From: an uncultured delta proteobacterium
GTDB lineage: Bacteria > Desulfobacterota > RBG-13-43-22
Length of the DNA: 64,000 bases
Assembly (NCBI GenBank): GCA_963843145.1
Contig: CAWJJC010000022.1
Coordinates: forward strand, 128,001 to 192,000
Direction: 5' to 3'
Each line of letters starts with the position of its first letter. Positions within the stretch are counted from its first letter, which is position 1. Of the stretch, positions 8,440-18,347 are shown piece after piece. The translations under genes were made by a program, and so were the position numbers. The notes beneath the pieces were generated by a model. The model saw only the letters and a list, made by a program, of their open reading frames with translations. It made no database searches and was not told the DNA's origin.

Positions 8440-9693
8440 ATGAACGTAGGCAGGGAAGTTTTTGAATTTCTAAAGGCCGGAGCCGTCGCCCACGCCAAAT
8501 GGGACTATGAGGTCTCCATGAGTATCCTGAAAAACAGGAAAAAGCTGTTAATCATTCTATCCATGCTGCTTCCCATTTTCGCGGTGGCCATCTGTGAAGG
8601 GGCCGGATTTTTAGGGGGCAAAACGGCCTACGGCCCGGCCCATTACACCACCATGATTTTCCTGGTTTCCATCGCCATTGGTTTATGCGCCGGACTGATC
8701 ACCGGCTGCATCGGCGCCGGGGGCGGCTTCATTATCACGCCGGCCCTGATGGCCGCCGGGGTCAAGGGGATCCTGGCCGTGGGGACCGACCTCTTTCATA
8801 TCTTCGCCAAAGCCATCATGGGGACCGCGGTCCATAAAAAACTGGGAAATGTCTCGGTCAAACTGGCGGTGGCCTTTTTAGTCGGGTCCGGCGCGGGGAC
8901 TTTCATCGGCGGTTACATCAACAAAGCGCTCTATAACATCGATCCCCTGCTGAGCGATACCTTTATCAGCGTCATCTATGCCCTCCTCCTGGGGTTTTTG
9001 GGGGTTTACGCGTTGATGGATTTCATCAAGTCGACGCGCGGTCCGGCCGCTTCCGGAGGAGGCGGCCACGATGCCCACGGCGGACCGTCCGGGGTCACCG
9101 GGACGGCTATTAAGCTCCAGAATTTAAACATTCCCCCCATGATCACTTTTGACGAGGACCTGGGCGGAAGGAAGATCTCCGGGGTAATCGTGGCCCTGGG
9201 CGGGGTGATCGTCGGCATGTTGGCCGCCCTCATGGGGGTCGGCGGCGGGTTTGTGACCTTCCCCTTGTTCGTCTATATCTATGGCGTCTCCTCCATGACC
9301 ACCGTGGGGACCGATATCCTGCAGATTATTTTTACCGCCGGCCTGGCGGCCGTGGCCCAGTATGCTATTTACGGCTATGTCTTTTACACGCTGGCCATGG
9401 GCATGCTGATCGGCTCCCTGATCGGGATCCAGGTGGGGGCCCTGACCACCAAAGTGGTCAAGGGAATCCATATCCGCGGCTTTTACGCCGTATCCATCCT
9501 GGCCGGGTTTATCAACCGGGCGGCTACCCTGCCCAAGAAGCTGACGGAAATGGAAGTGATCAATATTTCCAAACCGGTAGTGAACGCCATCGATTTTGTG
9601 GGGGCCGTGGTCTTCTGGATCGTGGTGGGGGGCTTCGCCCTCTGGGTCTTAAGTAAATTTTTTGGAAATATTAAAGCGTTAAAGGAGGCCTAA
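8440..9693 (+). CDS. Sulfite exporter TauE/SafE family protein (long form)
   Basis: GLITGCIGAGGGFIITP, AVGTDLFH, ALMGVGGGFVTFP, TVGTDILQ; RBS GGAGGAGG. Confidence 0.9.
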   Translation: MNVGREVFEFLKAGAVAHAKWDYEVSMSILKNRKKLLIILSMLLPIFAVAICEGAGFLGGKTAYGPAHYTTMIFLVSIAIGLCAGLITGCIGAGGGFIITPALMAAGVKGILAVGTDLFHIFAKAIMGTAVHKKLGNVSVKLAVAFLVGSGAGTFIGGYINKALYNIDPLLSDTFISVIYALLLGFLGVYALMDFIKSTRGPAASGGGGHDAHGGPSGVTGTAIKLQNLNIPPMITFDEDLGGRKISGVIVALGGVIVGMLAALMGVGGGFVTFPLFVYIYGVSSMTTVGTDILQIIFTAGLAAVAQYAIYGYVFYTLAMGMLIGSLIGIQVGALTTKVVKGIHIRGFYAVSILAGFINRAATLPKKLTEMEVINISKPVVNAIDFVGAVVFWIVVGGFALWVLSKFFGNIKALKEA

Positions 9694-9696
9694 CCC

Positions 9697-10422
9697 ATGG
9701 CAGCATCCAAAAAAGGCGCGTTTACGATCGGCCTGCTCATGGCCGTCTCGTTTGGGGTTGTTTTGTTTTTGATGTTTTCCGAAATTTTTCCCGGTCCGGC
9801 CGGCATTAAAGTCAACGGGCTGGATTGGGCGGATGACCTTTTTAATAAACTCTCCAAGGGGTCTTCTTATTTCATCCCCAAGTTGAAGGAGGCCAATCAA
9901 AAATTCATGGGCCGACCCTTCACGGCCACCATTAAAATCCAGAACGCCGAGGAGGCGGACCAGATCAACAAGCTTTTTACCCAGGCCGGCGCCCGGGTAA
10001 ACGTCCAGGGGGAGGCGCTGACCATTGAAGGGGACCTGGGCCAGACTATGGGGGTCATCCTCCGGGATTCGGACGACATGTTCAACAATCAGGGGCAGAA
10101 ATTGGTGGCCCTATACGGTTATGACGAAAAAGAAGTACTGAAAAACTGGTGGACGGCCCTGAGCAAAATGGATAGGTTTTTTAAAAAGAACCTGAAGATC
10201 GAGGAAGCCGATCTGGTTTCGGAAATCTCCAAAAAAGGATTGGAGCCGTCCTATAACTTCTACAAGATTGAGTCCCATAGAGTCTCCGACCGGGTCGGGA
10301 TCATGACCTTTCTGTTGGTTTTTTATGTGTTTTACACCTTGTGGTGGGGCTACGCGATTTTCTACCTCTTTGAAGGGTTCGGCCTGACCATGAAGAAAGC
10401 TAAGGTAAAAAAAGAGGTTTAG
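9697..10422 (+). CDS. Conserved membrane protein coupled to the TauE gene
   Basis: N- and C-terminal TM helices; FNKLSKGSSYFIP; starts 3 nt after the TauE stop. Confidence 0.75.
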   Translation: MAASKKGAFTIGLLMAVSFGVVLFLMFSEIFPGPAGIKVNGLDWADDLFNKLSKGSSYFIPKLKEANQKFMGRPFTATIKIQNAEEADQINKLFTQAGARVNVQGEALTIEGDLGQTMGVILRDSDDMFNNQGQKLVALYGYDEKEVLKNWWTALSKMDRFFKKNLKIEEADLVSEISKKGLEPSYNFYKIESHRVSDRVGIMTFLLVFYVFYTLWWGYAIFYLFEGFGLTMKKAKVKKEV

Positions 10423-10479
10423 GCCGGAGAACAGCATATCGGAGCTGGGAATTAGAAGGAAAACAATAAATCCCCTAAA

Positions 10480-10516
10480 CTCCTCCCCCTTGATTCATTT
10501 ATCCAAGGGGGAGGAG
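10480..10516. repeat. Perfect 13-bp inverted repeat (CTCCTCCCCCTTG / CAAGGGGGAGGAG), REP-like or intra-operon hairpin
   Basis: Seen directly between ORF 9697..10422 and the USP gene. Confidence 0.65.
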
Positions 10517-10555
10517 AAACAAACCGTTACTGGAGATTACCCGAAGGAGGGAATC

Positions 10556-10984
10556 ATGAAAATATTAGTCCCTGTTGATGGTTCAATAAATTCTCAGGAG
10601 GGGACCCGACTGGCCGGGGACCTGGCTCGGGCTAAAGGGGCGCAGGTAACCCTTTTGGCCGTGGTCTCCGTTTATCCCGTTATTGATCTGGAAATATCGG
10701 CCCGGGCCAGGGAATCTTTGGACAGAAAATTGAGCGCTCAGGCCGAACAGGCCCTTGACCAGGCCAAGGGGGTCTTTGCCGGGCTGACGGTCGAAAGCAT
10801 ACTCCTCAGTTCGAACGACGTGGCCGAAGAAATTGTAACACTGGCTGAAGAGGGGAAATTCGACCTGATTGTCATGGGCAGCCGGGGCTTTAATGCCAGC
10901 GGCAGGTTTTCCGTGGGGGGGACGGCCCTTAAAGTGGCCAGCCATTCCAGGTGTTCGGTGTTGTTGGCTAAAGGGCAGGAATAG
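10556..10984 (+). CDS. Universal stress protein (UspA family)
   Basis: MKILVPVDGS start with GGAGG RBS; DLIVMGSRG; SVLL. Confidence 0.9.
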   Translation: MKILVPVDGSINSQEGTRLAGDLARAKGAQVTLLAVVSVYPVIDLEISARARESLDRKLSAQAEQALDQAKGVFAGLTVESILLSSNDVAEEIVTLAEEGKFDLIVMGSRGFNASGRFSVGGTALKVASHSRCSVLLAKGQE

Positions 10985-11003
10985 AATTTAACCCTGACTC
11001 GTT

Positions 11004-11039
11004 GAGGCGAAAAGAAACCTCGCCGTTTCTTTTCGCCTC
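11004..11039. terminator. Bidirectional terminator hairpin
   Basis: GAGGCGAAAAGAAAC-CTCGCC-GTTTCTTTTCGCCTC perfect 15-bp stem between convergent stops. Confidence 0.75.
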
Positions 11040-11042
11040 TTC

Positions 11043-12146
11043 TTATTGGTCGGTTTCGAAGGCATAATTGCCCCTTAAAAAGGCCTCGGCGTACCAATTC
11101 ACCGTCGATTCATTATTCATGACCATATCCCGCTGCCTGGAGCAGCCCATCAGTCGGCCGATCAAATCCAGCCGGTTTTCTATCATGGTTCGTTCGGCGT
11201 TGTTCAGCCGAGCCTCGATCAAATCTTTGTGGACATCCACCTCAAAATCCAGGCGTTCAAGGACCAGCCCGATAAAACGGGCCCTCCGGGCCCGGCGCAG
11301 GTCGTCGGCCGCCCCCCCCCTGAGCATAAACCGGATATGATTATTCCGGGGATCATCACTCAAGTAAGAAGCCACGGACGTGTAATGGTACCCCAGGCGG
11401 GAGTTATAATTCATATATTCCTTGGCGGCCAAGAGGTAGGTCTTATCCCAGAAATCCTCCTCGGGTCGACTGGAACTCTGGGCCATAATGACCATAAATC
11501 CTTTCAGGTTGACCCCGATGGGACCCGACCAACTAATCCCGGGATAATACATCCCCTGGAACATGGCCCGCACGGGGTCGGAAAGAATTTCGTCTTTTAA
11601 GACCATTTTGTTGTCGGAAGCGCAGACCCCGCCGCCCAGGTCGATCACGTGCAGCTTTATGGGAAGACCCGTCTGAACAGGAGTGGCTTTGATTTTTCTC
11701 AGGTCGTAGAGGTCCATCAGGCAAAACATCTCTTCCACGGCCAGGTCGTGGGCGTATTCCAGAAGCTCCGGCAGGGTCTGATGGTTTCCCCGGCAAAAGG
11801 AATCCGGCATGACGTGTCGGCATTGGGAAAAATCCAAATCTTTAAAAGTCTCTCGATAAATTTTTTCCACCTCTTCCCGGGTCTGGGCCTCCCGGGTTAA
11901 GGCATAGGCTTTGAAAAGCTGGGGTAACTTCTGGTCAAATAATTTACTCAGCAGGTCGATCAACTGGCTGGCCAGATCAATGAACACTCGACTGCCTGCG
12001 GGGGTGTCGGCGGCGAGCAAGTCCGATAATTTTCGACGGACTCGGAGGATTCCCTGGTAATGACCGAAAAAATTTCGAAATTCCTCGGCCAGGGGAAGCA
12101 GGGCGCAGTCTTTAGGTTTAAAAAAACTTTTTAACCAGGTTCTCAA
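11043..12146 (-). CDS. PEP-synthase/pyruvate,water dikinase-like accessory protein with only the non-catalytic C-terminal region
   Basis: HDLAVEEMF, LPIKLHVIDLGGG, SRLGYHY, GGAADDLRRARRARF and GRLMGCSRQRD motifs, which I recognise from the C-terminus of deltaproteobacterial PEP-utiliser-like proteins; no ATP-grasp or His domain. Confidence 0.65.
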   Translation of the reverse strand: MRTWLKSFFKPKDCALLPLAEEFRNFFGHYQGILRVRRKLSDLLAADTPAGSRVFIDLASQLIDLLSKLFDQKLPQLFKAYALTREAQTREEVEKIYRETFKDLDFSQCRHVMPDSFCRGNHQTLPELLEYAHDLAVEEMFCLMDLYDLRKIKATPVQTGLPIKLHVIDLGGGVCASDNKMVLKDEILSDPVRAMFQGMYYPGISWSGPIGVNLKGFMVIMAQSSSRPEEDFWDKTYLLAAKEYMNYNSRLGYHYTSVASYLSDDPRNNHIRFMLRGGAADDLRRARRARFIGLVLERLDFEVDVHKDLIEARLNNAERTMIENRLDLIGRLMGCSRQRDMVMNNESTVNWYAEAFLRGNYAFETDQ

Positions 12147-12254
12147 GGGGGATGGCTCAGATCTGTAAATAAATTATTACCTTCGGAGCTGTCAAAAATC
12201 TCTCGAATGGTATATTATATTAAATTAAACATCAAATCAAAAAAGGATGTTTCT

Positions 12255-12440
12255 ATGGACCCTTGGTCAATCTTGGCCAATCTGGCCTCAGACGGAGACC
12301 CCCGCCAACCCGGATTCCAGGCGCAGGGCTGGTATCTACTTACCAACCTCGTCCTGCCCATCCTGATGGGGGTGATTTTGATTGGTCCGGTCAAATGGCT
12401 TGAAAAAATTTTCAGCCCCAGCCGGGGGGGTCGGGGTTAG
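12255..12440 (+). CDS. Small single-TM hypothetical protein
   Basis: ATG after AAGGA; hydrophobic stretch WYLLTNLVLPILMGVILIG. Confidence 0.45.
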   Translation: MDPWSILANLASDGDPRQPGFQAQGWYLLTNLVLPILMGVILIGPVKWLEKIFSPSRGGRG

Positions 12441-12544
12441 ATGGTTGAAATCCGGTCAAAAGCATTATTTCTTAAAGTTTTCCAAATAAAGTCCGATAAA
12501 AGAGACAGGAAATAGGTCTAAGTTAATAAATCAAAACCTGTAAA

Positions 12545-12629
12545 GGGCAAACCATCCGAAAGGGTGGGACGCAAAGCCACTGGCCTAAATGATCTGCAAT
12601 ATGCGGAACAAAGGGTAGCAGGGTTGCCA
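12545..12629 (+). ncRNA. c-di-GMP-I (GEMM-I) riboswitch aptamer
   Basis: GGCAAAC-CATCC-GAAA-GGGTG-GGAC-GCAAAGCC...CTAA...GGTAGC-AGGGTTGCC matches the consensus (GNRA P2 loop, GCAAAG junction, P1 GGCAA/TTGCC). Confidence 0.92.
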
Positions 12630-12690
12630 GGCGAAGACGGTACCTCTCGGGACTGTTCATCGCTGAACGGCAAAAACGGGAGGTACTGGC

Positions 12691-13531
12691 ATGGCTATTC
12701 AACAACAGAAGGTTCTACCGTCGTTTCCCCTTTCTTTTCCAGCCTTATTCTTAATCGGTGTTCTTTTTCTTCCTGATGCTCGTTCTAGCCGGTCAGGCCC
12801 GGGCCGAACAGGTTTCCTTAGCCTGGGACGCCAACACGGAACCCGACCTGGGTGGATATAAGCTCTATTACGGGACCGCCGCCCAGGCCTATTCCCAAGT
12901 GATTAATGTGGGCAAAAATACCCAGGTGACGGTGAGCAACCTAACCCAGGGAGTCACCTATTTTTTTGCAGTTACCGCCTACAATCTTCAAGGGGCGGAA
13001 AGTGATTATTCCAATGAAATCAATAACACGGTCCTGCGCCAGTACCGATTGACCGTCACCAAAAGAGGGTCCGGCGACGGGATTATCTCCGGGGAAGGGA
13101 TCAACTGCGGCGCGGACTGTGATAAGTGGTATGACGAGGGGACCCCCATAACCCTGACCGCAAACCCGGGACAGGGATCGGTGTTTGTCGGCTGGTCCGG
13201 AGACGACTGTAGTGGGGTGGGGGAGTGTACGATCACTCTGAACGCGGATAAGACCTTGACCGCCGGCCTGGTTTTAGACGGGTATAATTTGACCAAGAAA
13301 AATAGATATATGAAAGGAGGGACCAGGCTTGCCGGAGCCGTTCCCCAAGCTGAACCCATTAGACGGGCGGGAACGATGCTGAATGGCTCCTCAACCGGGG
13401 AGGCGCCCGCCAGTTCCTCGGTTTATGTGATTACTAAAAGAAACGGCCTTCGAGAAAAAAATTCACTTCTCACACAGGGCACACAGGGATTAAAGCAGGA
13501 AGCGGCGTTAAGATTCCGCAACAATTATTAA
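12691..13531 (+). CDS. Exported fibronectin type III + InlB B-repeat-like domain protein (probable true start 12691, 1-nt frameshift near 12750-12770)
   Basis: Signal peptide ending AQARA-like; VSLAWDANTEPDLGGYKLYYG...YFFAVTAYN...ESDYSNE (FN3); LTVTKRGSGDG...TLTANPGQGSVFVGWSG. RBS GGGAGGT precedes ATG 12691, out of frame with ORF 12758. Confidence 0.8.
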
Positions 13532-13533
13532 CA

Positions 13534-13687
13534 GTCTCATAATAGAACCGACTATCTCGAGGTTCTCTTATCGTCATTCCCGCAGCGCATCTGGGCGGGA
13601 ATCCAGCCCGGTCTGGTACGATTCTGGATCCCCGATAAAGACACTCGGGGATGACGGTCGGTGTTTATGTAGAGACAATTATGAGAC
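13534..13687. mobile_element. MITE/REP-like palindromic element
   Basis: Terminal IR GTCTCATAAT / ATTATGAGAC with outer TTAA; internal GTCATTCCCGC..GCGGGAATCCAG..CTGGATCCCCGA..TCGGGGATGAC REP-doublet architecture. Confidence 0.7.
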
Positions 13688-14129
13688 CCTTAATAAATGC
13701 CGCGCAAAAAGACTTAAAATGACTTTCTGCTCAATAGGACTCCCCAGCCATTTGACGTGAATTCAATTAATTCTAACCCTATCCCGCGGCGGGGCTTAAT
13801 TTCACCCTTGGTCTGATGACGGCCTTTTTGCGAGTCCGTCACTTTTAAAAGCCCCTTCAATCGGAGAGTTCGTCTCCTAAAGAGACGAAATAATCCCCCC
13901 AAAGAAACGATCCGCCTTTTCACCATTCCTTTACCCAAATCCCCCCCAAATGCCTTTTCACAAAAATATCGATAGAGAAGATTGATTCGGAGTCAATATT
14001 TTGCTATTCTGATGCTTCCTGAAATGGAAATGTTTCAGGTAAGGGCCTTCCTAAAAATAGAAAGAAAAAAAGCAGGCCAAATCCAGAGGTGACCGACTCG
14101 CGAACAGTCCGCGGAAAGGGAAAAGTTTC

Positions 14130-15023
14130 ATGTTTGAGCAATGTCAGCTAAAACTTTTTCCGATGACGGTGCAGGAGGTTTTGTCCGTCATTCCTTTATC
14201 CATCAACCATGCCGAACTTCTTTATCATGAAGGATTGATTTCTTTCCAACCGGAGCCGGCAAAAAAATTGCGTCCAAAGGAACAGGCGGAGCTTTTTTTC
14301 GTAGGGACTTTAGCCAAAAATCCGATCCCTTTAGAGGCGATCAAGTATCTGCTTCAATCCTTGCGACCCCCCTATGCTTATTCTTTTAAGGAAGTTTTTT
14401 TTGACTGGGTTCAAGGAACTTGGGGAGAATTTCCTTCCGGAAGGCAGCCGGAAAAGGAGAGCAAGGAGGGGCGGCTTTCCTTGGATTGGACAGCGGTTTA
14501 TCCCCTGGCCCAACGGGTCTTCACCCTCTGGCCCGGACAGCCTGAATTGATCTGGGTTCGGGAGTCCTGGGGTATGGTCCGGCAAAGCGATCTAGCGGAT
14601 TATGTCGATGATTTCGAGCGCTGGGGAGTGTTGTTTCGATTCCTGGCGCTGGCGGGGATCTATTTCGATTTTTGTCACTTGGCCTGGAATCGGGGAAACC
14701 TGCCTGATTATGAAATCCTGGGAAAGGAACTGGGACTGGGACTGCTCCCGGTGGTGATGCTGTTGGGGCAGGACGCGCTTTTGGAACAGTTCAATGAGGA
14801 GGAAGACCTTTTTCGGATGGGAATGAAATCCCTGGCCGACCAAGCTCGGGTAGAGATCGTTCCCGTCCTGATTCGGGGCTATGGTGGATTAAAGGCCCTT
14901 TACGAGGCTTTTCGCCGGAGCCGGCAGACGGAGCCCTTACCGGCGGAACATGAACAAATTATTCAACTTTCTGAACGGAACGCCTTTCGCTGGCTGGAAG
15001 ATGGCTGTCGGGCTTTCCGCTGA
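14130..15023 (+). CDS. Hypothetical protein (297 aa)
   Basis: Long ORF with host-like codon usage upstream of recC; no recognised family. Confidence 0.65.
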   Translation: MFEQCQLKLFPMTVQEVLSVIPLSINHAELLYHEGLISFQPEPAKKLRPKEQAELFFVGTLAKNPIPLEAIKYLLQSLRPPYAYSFKEVFFDWVQGTWGEFPSGRQPEKESKEGRLSLDWTAVYPLAQRVFTLWPGQPELIWVRESWGMVRQSDLADYVDDFERWGVLFRFLALAGIYFDFCHLAWNRGNLPDYEILGKELGLGLLPVVMLLGQDALLEQFNEEEDLFRMGMKSLADQARVEIVPVLIRGYGGLKALYEAFRRSRQTEPLPAEHEQIIQLSERNAFRWLEDGCRAFR

Positions 15024-15107
15024 AACAGCCGCGCGATCCAATCGGATCTTGCGGATGAATCTCTTCAGCGGCCACGACGGCCGTTCTCCCCTTCGCCCTC
15101 CTGCCTG

Positions 15108-18100
15108 GTGATGTCCGGCCTGACCCTCTATACCAGCAACCGTTTGGAAAATCTGGCGGACCGGTTGGCCGAGGTGCTGGAGACCCCGTTGCCTTCGCCC
15201 TTAACACCGGAAATTATTCTGGTCCAAAGCCTGGGGATGGAGAAATGGATCTCCTTGGAATTGGCCCGGCGCCTGAAGATCTGCGCCAATATGCACTTTC
15301 CCTTCCCCAACCATTTTATCACCGGTGTTTTCAGACAGGTCCTGCCCGAATTGGAAGAAACACCGCTTTTCAACCCTGAAATCATGGCCTGGCGGATAAT
15401 GAAAATCCTGCCACCCCTTTTAAAAGAGAAAGGGTTTGACGCCCTACTCCTCTATTTATCCGAGGGGCCTACCGACGTGAAACTTTTTCAACTTTCGCGG
15501 CGGGTGGCCGAGCTTTTTGACCAATACCTCCTTTTTCGTCCGGAGATGATCTTCCTTTGGGAAAAGGGGCAAGAGGATCATTGGCAGGCGGTTCTCTGGC
15601 GGAATATGGTTCGGGGAATCGAAAATAAGCACCGCGCCGCCTTACAAAAAACCGTCCTGGAAAAAATCAGGAGTTCAGTCGTCCGGCCGGAGATCCTGCC
15701 TAAGCGGATGGCCGTCTTCGGGATCTCAGCCCTGCCCTTCTTTCATGTGGAAATGCTGGCGGCCCTATCCCGTTTCATGGAGGTCAACCTTTTCCTGATG
15801 AATCCCTGCCGGGAATACTGGGGGAACCTGCTGACCCGAAGGGAAACGCAGCAGGTCAAGGAAAAGGCTCAGGGAAAGCAGACCCTTACGGAATTTCTGC
15901 ATCTAACGCCGGGAAACAGCCTTCTGGCTTCTCTGGGCCGACTGGGTCAGGATTTTTTTGAAATGATTCTGAATTTCGAGCCTCGAGAGGAAGATGGCCC
16001 GGTTGATCCAGGGCAAAAAACGCTTCTCAACTGCCTTCAGCAAGACATTCTTTTTCTGCGTGAACGCGGTGCGGGGGATGAAGGAAAAAAAGAAATCGAC
16101 CCCGCTGACCTTTCTATTGAAATCCATTCCTGCCATAGCCCCATGAGGGAGGTGGAGGTTCTCCAGGACCGCCTTCTTTCCCTATTTGAAGCACACCCGG
16201 GACTGCTTCCCAAAGATGTTATGGTTATGACTCCGGACATCAAAACCTATGCCCCTTATATTCAGGCGGTTTTTTCGGTGCCCCCGGAGGATCCGCGCTG
16301 GATCCCCTTCAGCCTGGCCGATCGAGGGATTCGGCAGGAAAGTCCCTTGGCCGATCTGATTCTGGGACTGCTTGACCTGCAGGGAAGCCGGTTCGGGGTT
16401 TCCCGGGTGATGGCTTTTCTGGAGTCGCCTCCGGTGCAGAGGAGATATTCCCTGGCCGAGGAGGACCTGGAGCTTATCCGTCGATGGATAGAGGATACCC
16501 GGATCCGTTGGGGCATTGACCGGGAAAGTCGGAAGACCCTGGGTCTTCCCGACTATCCGGAAAACACCTGGGGAGCGGGCCTGGAAAGAATGTTGCTGGG
16601 TTACGCCCTACCTCGCCGGGAGGATGAGCTCTTCATGGGAATCCTGCCCTATGACCGGATTGAGGGGAGCGAGGCCTCGGTCCTGGGAAATTTTGTGCAT
16701 CTGGCCAATCGTCTGTTCGCACTGGAAAAAGATCTGGGGGAACCGCGGTCCCTGGGGGCGTGGGGGGATTTTCTGACCCGAGTGCTCGACGAATTTTTTT
16801 CTTCCGACGAGGAGACCGAACGGGACCTCCTTTTTTTTCGCCGGCTATTGCGTCAGTTCGGGGAAAGACAGGAACTCTCCGGGTTTGACGAAAAAATCAA
16901 CCTGGAGGTGATCCGATCTCTACTGAAATCTACCCTGGAAAACGAGGGCTTCGGGACCGGCTTTATAACCGGGGGGGTGACTTTCTGCGCCATGTTGCCT
17001 ATGCGCAGCATCCCCTTTAAGGTGATCGGTCTCCTGGGAATGAACGATGACGCCTATCCCCGGCCGAACAAATCTCTGGGATTTGACCTGTTGGCCAAGA
17101 ATCCCCAGCCGGGAGATCGCTCGCGGAGGAACGACGACCGTTACCTTTTTCTGGAGGTCCTGCTTTCCGCCAGGGAGAGGCTCCATATTAGTTATGTGGG
17201 ACAGAGCATTCAAGATAACAGCCCGCGGCCGCCTTCGGTCCTGGTCAGCGAGCTTTTGGACTATCTGGAAGCAGGATACAGGATTTCCGGAAAAGAGATC
17301 CGCGGGCAAATCGTTCGGCGGCATCCCCTTCAGGCCTTTAGCCCGGAGTATTTCAAAAAGAATCCGGAAGGCCGGTTCTTCAGTTATTCCCAGGAGAACC
17401 TCGAGGCGGCCCGGCAGGCGCAAAACCAGCTTCCAGAGGGGAGCCCGTTTATCGCTCAAGGGCTTCCCGAGCCGCCACTGGAATGGAAAACGATCGAGGT
17501 CGGGCAGCTCATCCGGTTTTTCGGGAACCCGTCCCAATTCATCCTCAACCAGCGCTTGGGGATTTATTTAGAGGAAGGAGAGGCGATATTAGAGGAAACC
17601 GAACCCTTCGAGGTCAAAGGGCTGGATAAATATGTCCTTGAACAGGGGCTGGTCGAAAGGGGAGCGGAAAACCGCAGCCTGCCGACAGCTTTTTCAGCCG
17701 TCCGGGCGGCGGGATTGCTTCCTCACGGAAGACCCGGTGAGTGTTTTTTTCAAAAGACCTGCCGGTCCATCGATGATTTTCTGGAGATACTCAACCCTTA
17801 CCGGGAAGGAGGACCGCTGGCGCCCCTGGAAGTGGATCTGGCCCTGGGAGGGTTCCGGGTCGTGGGCCGGATTGAGGGCCTTTACCCTCAGGGGCTGATT
17901 CATTTCCGCTACGCCAAGGTGAAACCAAAAGACCGCCTGCGACTCTGGATTAGGCATCTTTTGGTGAACCGCATCGGCTTTCCGGGCTATCCGGATCAGG
18001 CCCGACTCTTCGGTCAGGATAAAGCCCGCACTTACCCGCCGATCCCAGACAGTGATGCGCTGTTACAAGAGCTACTCGAGCTTTACTGGCGGGGACTGCA

Positions 18101-18347
18101 AAAGCCCGTCCATTTCTTTCCGCACACTTCCTGGGTTTACGCCGAGGCCTTATGGAAAAAGAAAAAAAAGGAGGAGGCCTTGAAAATTTCCCGGATAGTC
18201 TGGGAAGGATCTGACTTCAACCGGGGAGAGGACCAGGACCCCTATTATCGGGTCTGCTTTGAACACTGGGACCCTTTGGATGAGGAATTCGAGACCCTGG
18301 CCGAGAATGTTTTTCTACCGGTGCTGCAGTGCGAACGGAAGAGTTGA
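15108..18347 (+). CDS. recC: Exodeoxyribonuclease V gamma subunit
   Basis: LYTSNRLENL, NPCREYWG, HSCHSPMREVEVLQD, TFCAMLPMRSIPFKV, GDRSRRNDDRYLFLE, HPLQAFSPEYF. Confidence 0.96.
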   Translation: MMSGLTLYTSNRLENLADRLAEVLETPLPSPLTPEIILVQSLGMEKWISLELARRLKICANMHFPFPNHFITGVFRQVLPELEETPLFNPEIMAWRIMKILPPLLKEKGFDALLLYLSEGPTDVKLFQLSRRVAELFDQYLLFRPEMIFLWEKGQEDHWQAVLWRNMVRGIENKHRAALQKTVLEKIRSSVVRPEILPKRMAVFGISALPFFHVEMLAALSRFMEVNLFLMNPCREYWGNLLTRRETQQVKEKAQGKQTLTEFLHLTPGNSLLASLGRLGQDFFEMILNFEPREEDGPVDPGQKTLLNCLQQDILFLRERGAGDEGKKEIDPADLSIEIHSCHSPMREVEVLQDRLLSLFEAHPGLLPKDVMVMTPDIKTYAPYIQAVFSVPPEDPRWIPFSLADRGIRQESPLADLILGLLDLQGSRFGVSRVMAFLESPPVQRRYSLAEEDLELIRRWIEDTRIRWGIDRESRKTLGLPDYPENTWGAGLERMLLGYALPRREDELFMGILPYDRIEGSEASVLGNFVHLANRLFALEKDLGEPRSLGAWGDFLTRVLDEFFSSDEETERDLLFFRRLLRQFGERQELSGFDEKINLEVIRSLLKSTLENEGFGTGFITGGVTFCAMLPMRSIPFKVIGLLGMNDDAYPRPNKSLGFDLLAKNPQPGDRSRRNDDRYLFLEVLLSARERLHISYVGQSIQDNSPRPPSVLVSELLDYLEAGYRISGKEIRGQIVRRHPLQAFSPEYFKKNPEGRFFSYSQENLEAARQAQNQLPEGSPFIAQGLPEPPLEWKTIEVGQLIRFFGNPSQFILNQRLGIYLEEGEAILEETEPFEVKGLDKYVLEQGLVERGAENRSLPTAFSAVRAAGLLPHGRPGECFFQKTCRSIDDFLEILNPYREGGPLAPLEVDLALGGFRVVGRIEGLYPQGLIHFRYAKVKPKDRLRLWIRHLLVNRIGFPGYPDQARLFGQDKARTYPPIPDSDALLQELLELYWRGLQKPVHFFPHTSWVYAEALWKKKKKEEALKISRIVWEGSDFNRGEDQDPYYRVCFEHWDPLDEEFETLAENVFLPVLQCERKS

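Noticed and set aside
12523-12776. Short ORFs 12564..12776 (+) and 12523..12705 (-)
   Set aside because: They overlap the c-di-GMP riboswitch; spurious.
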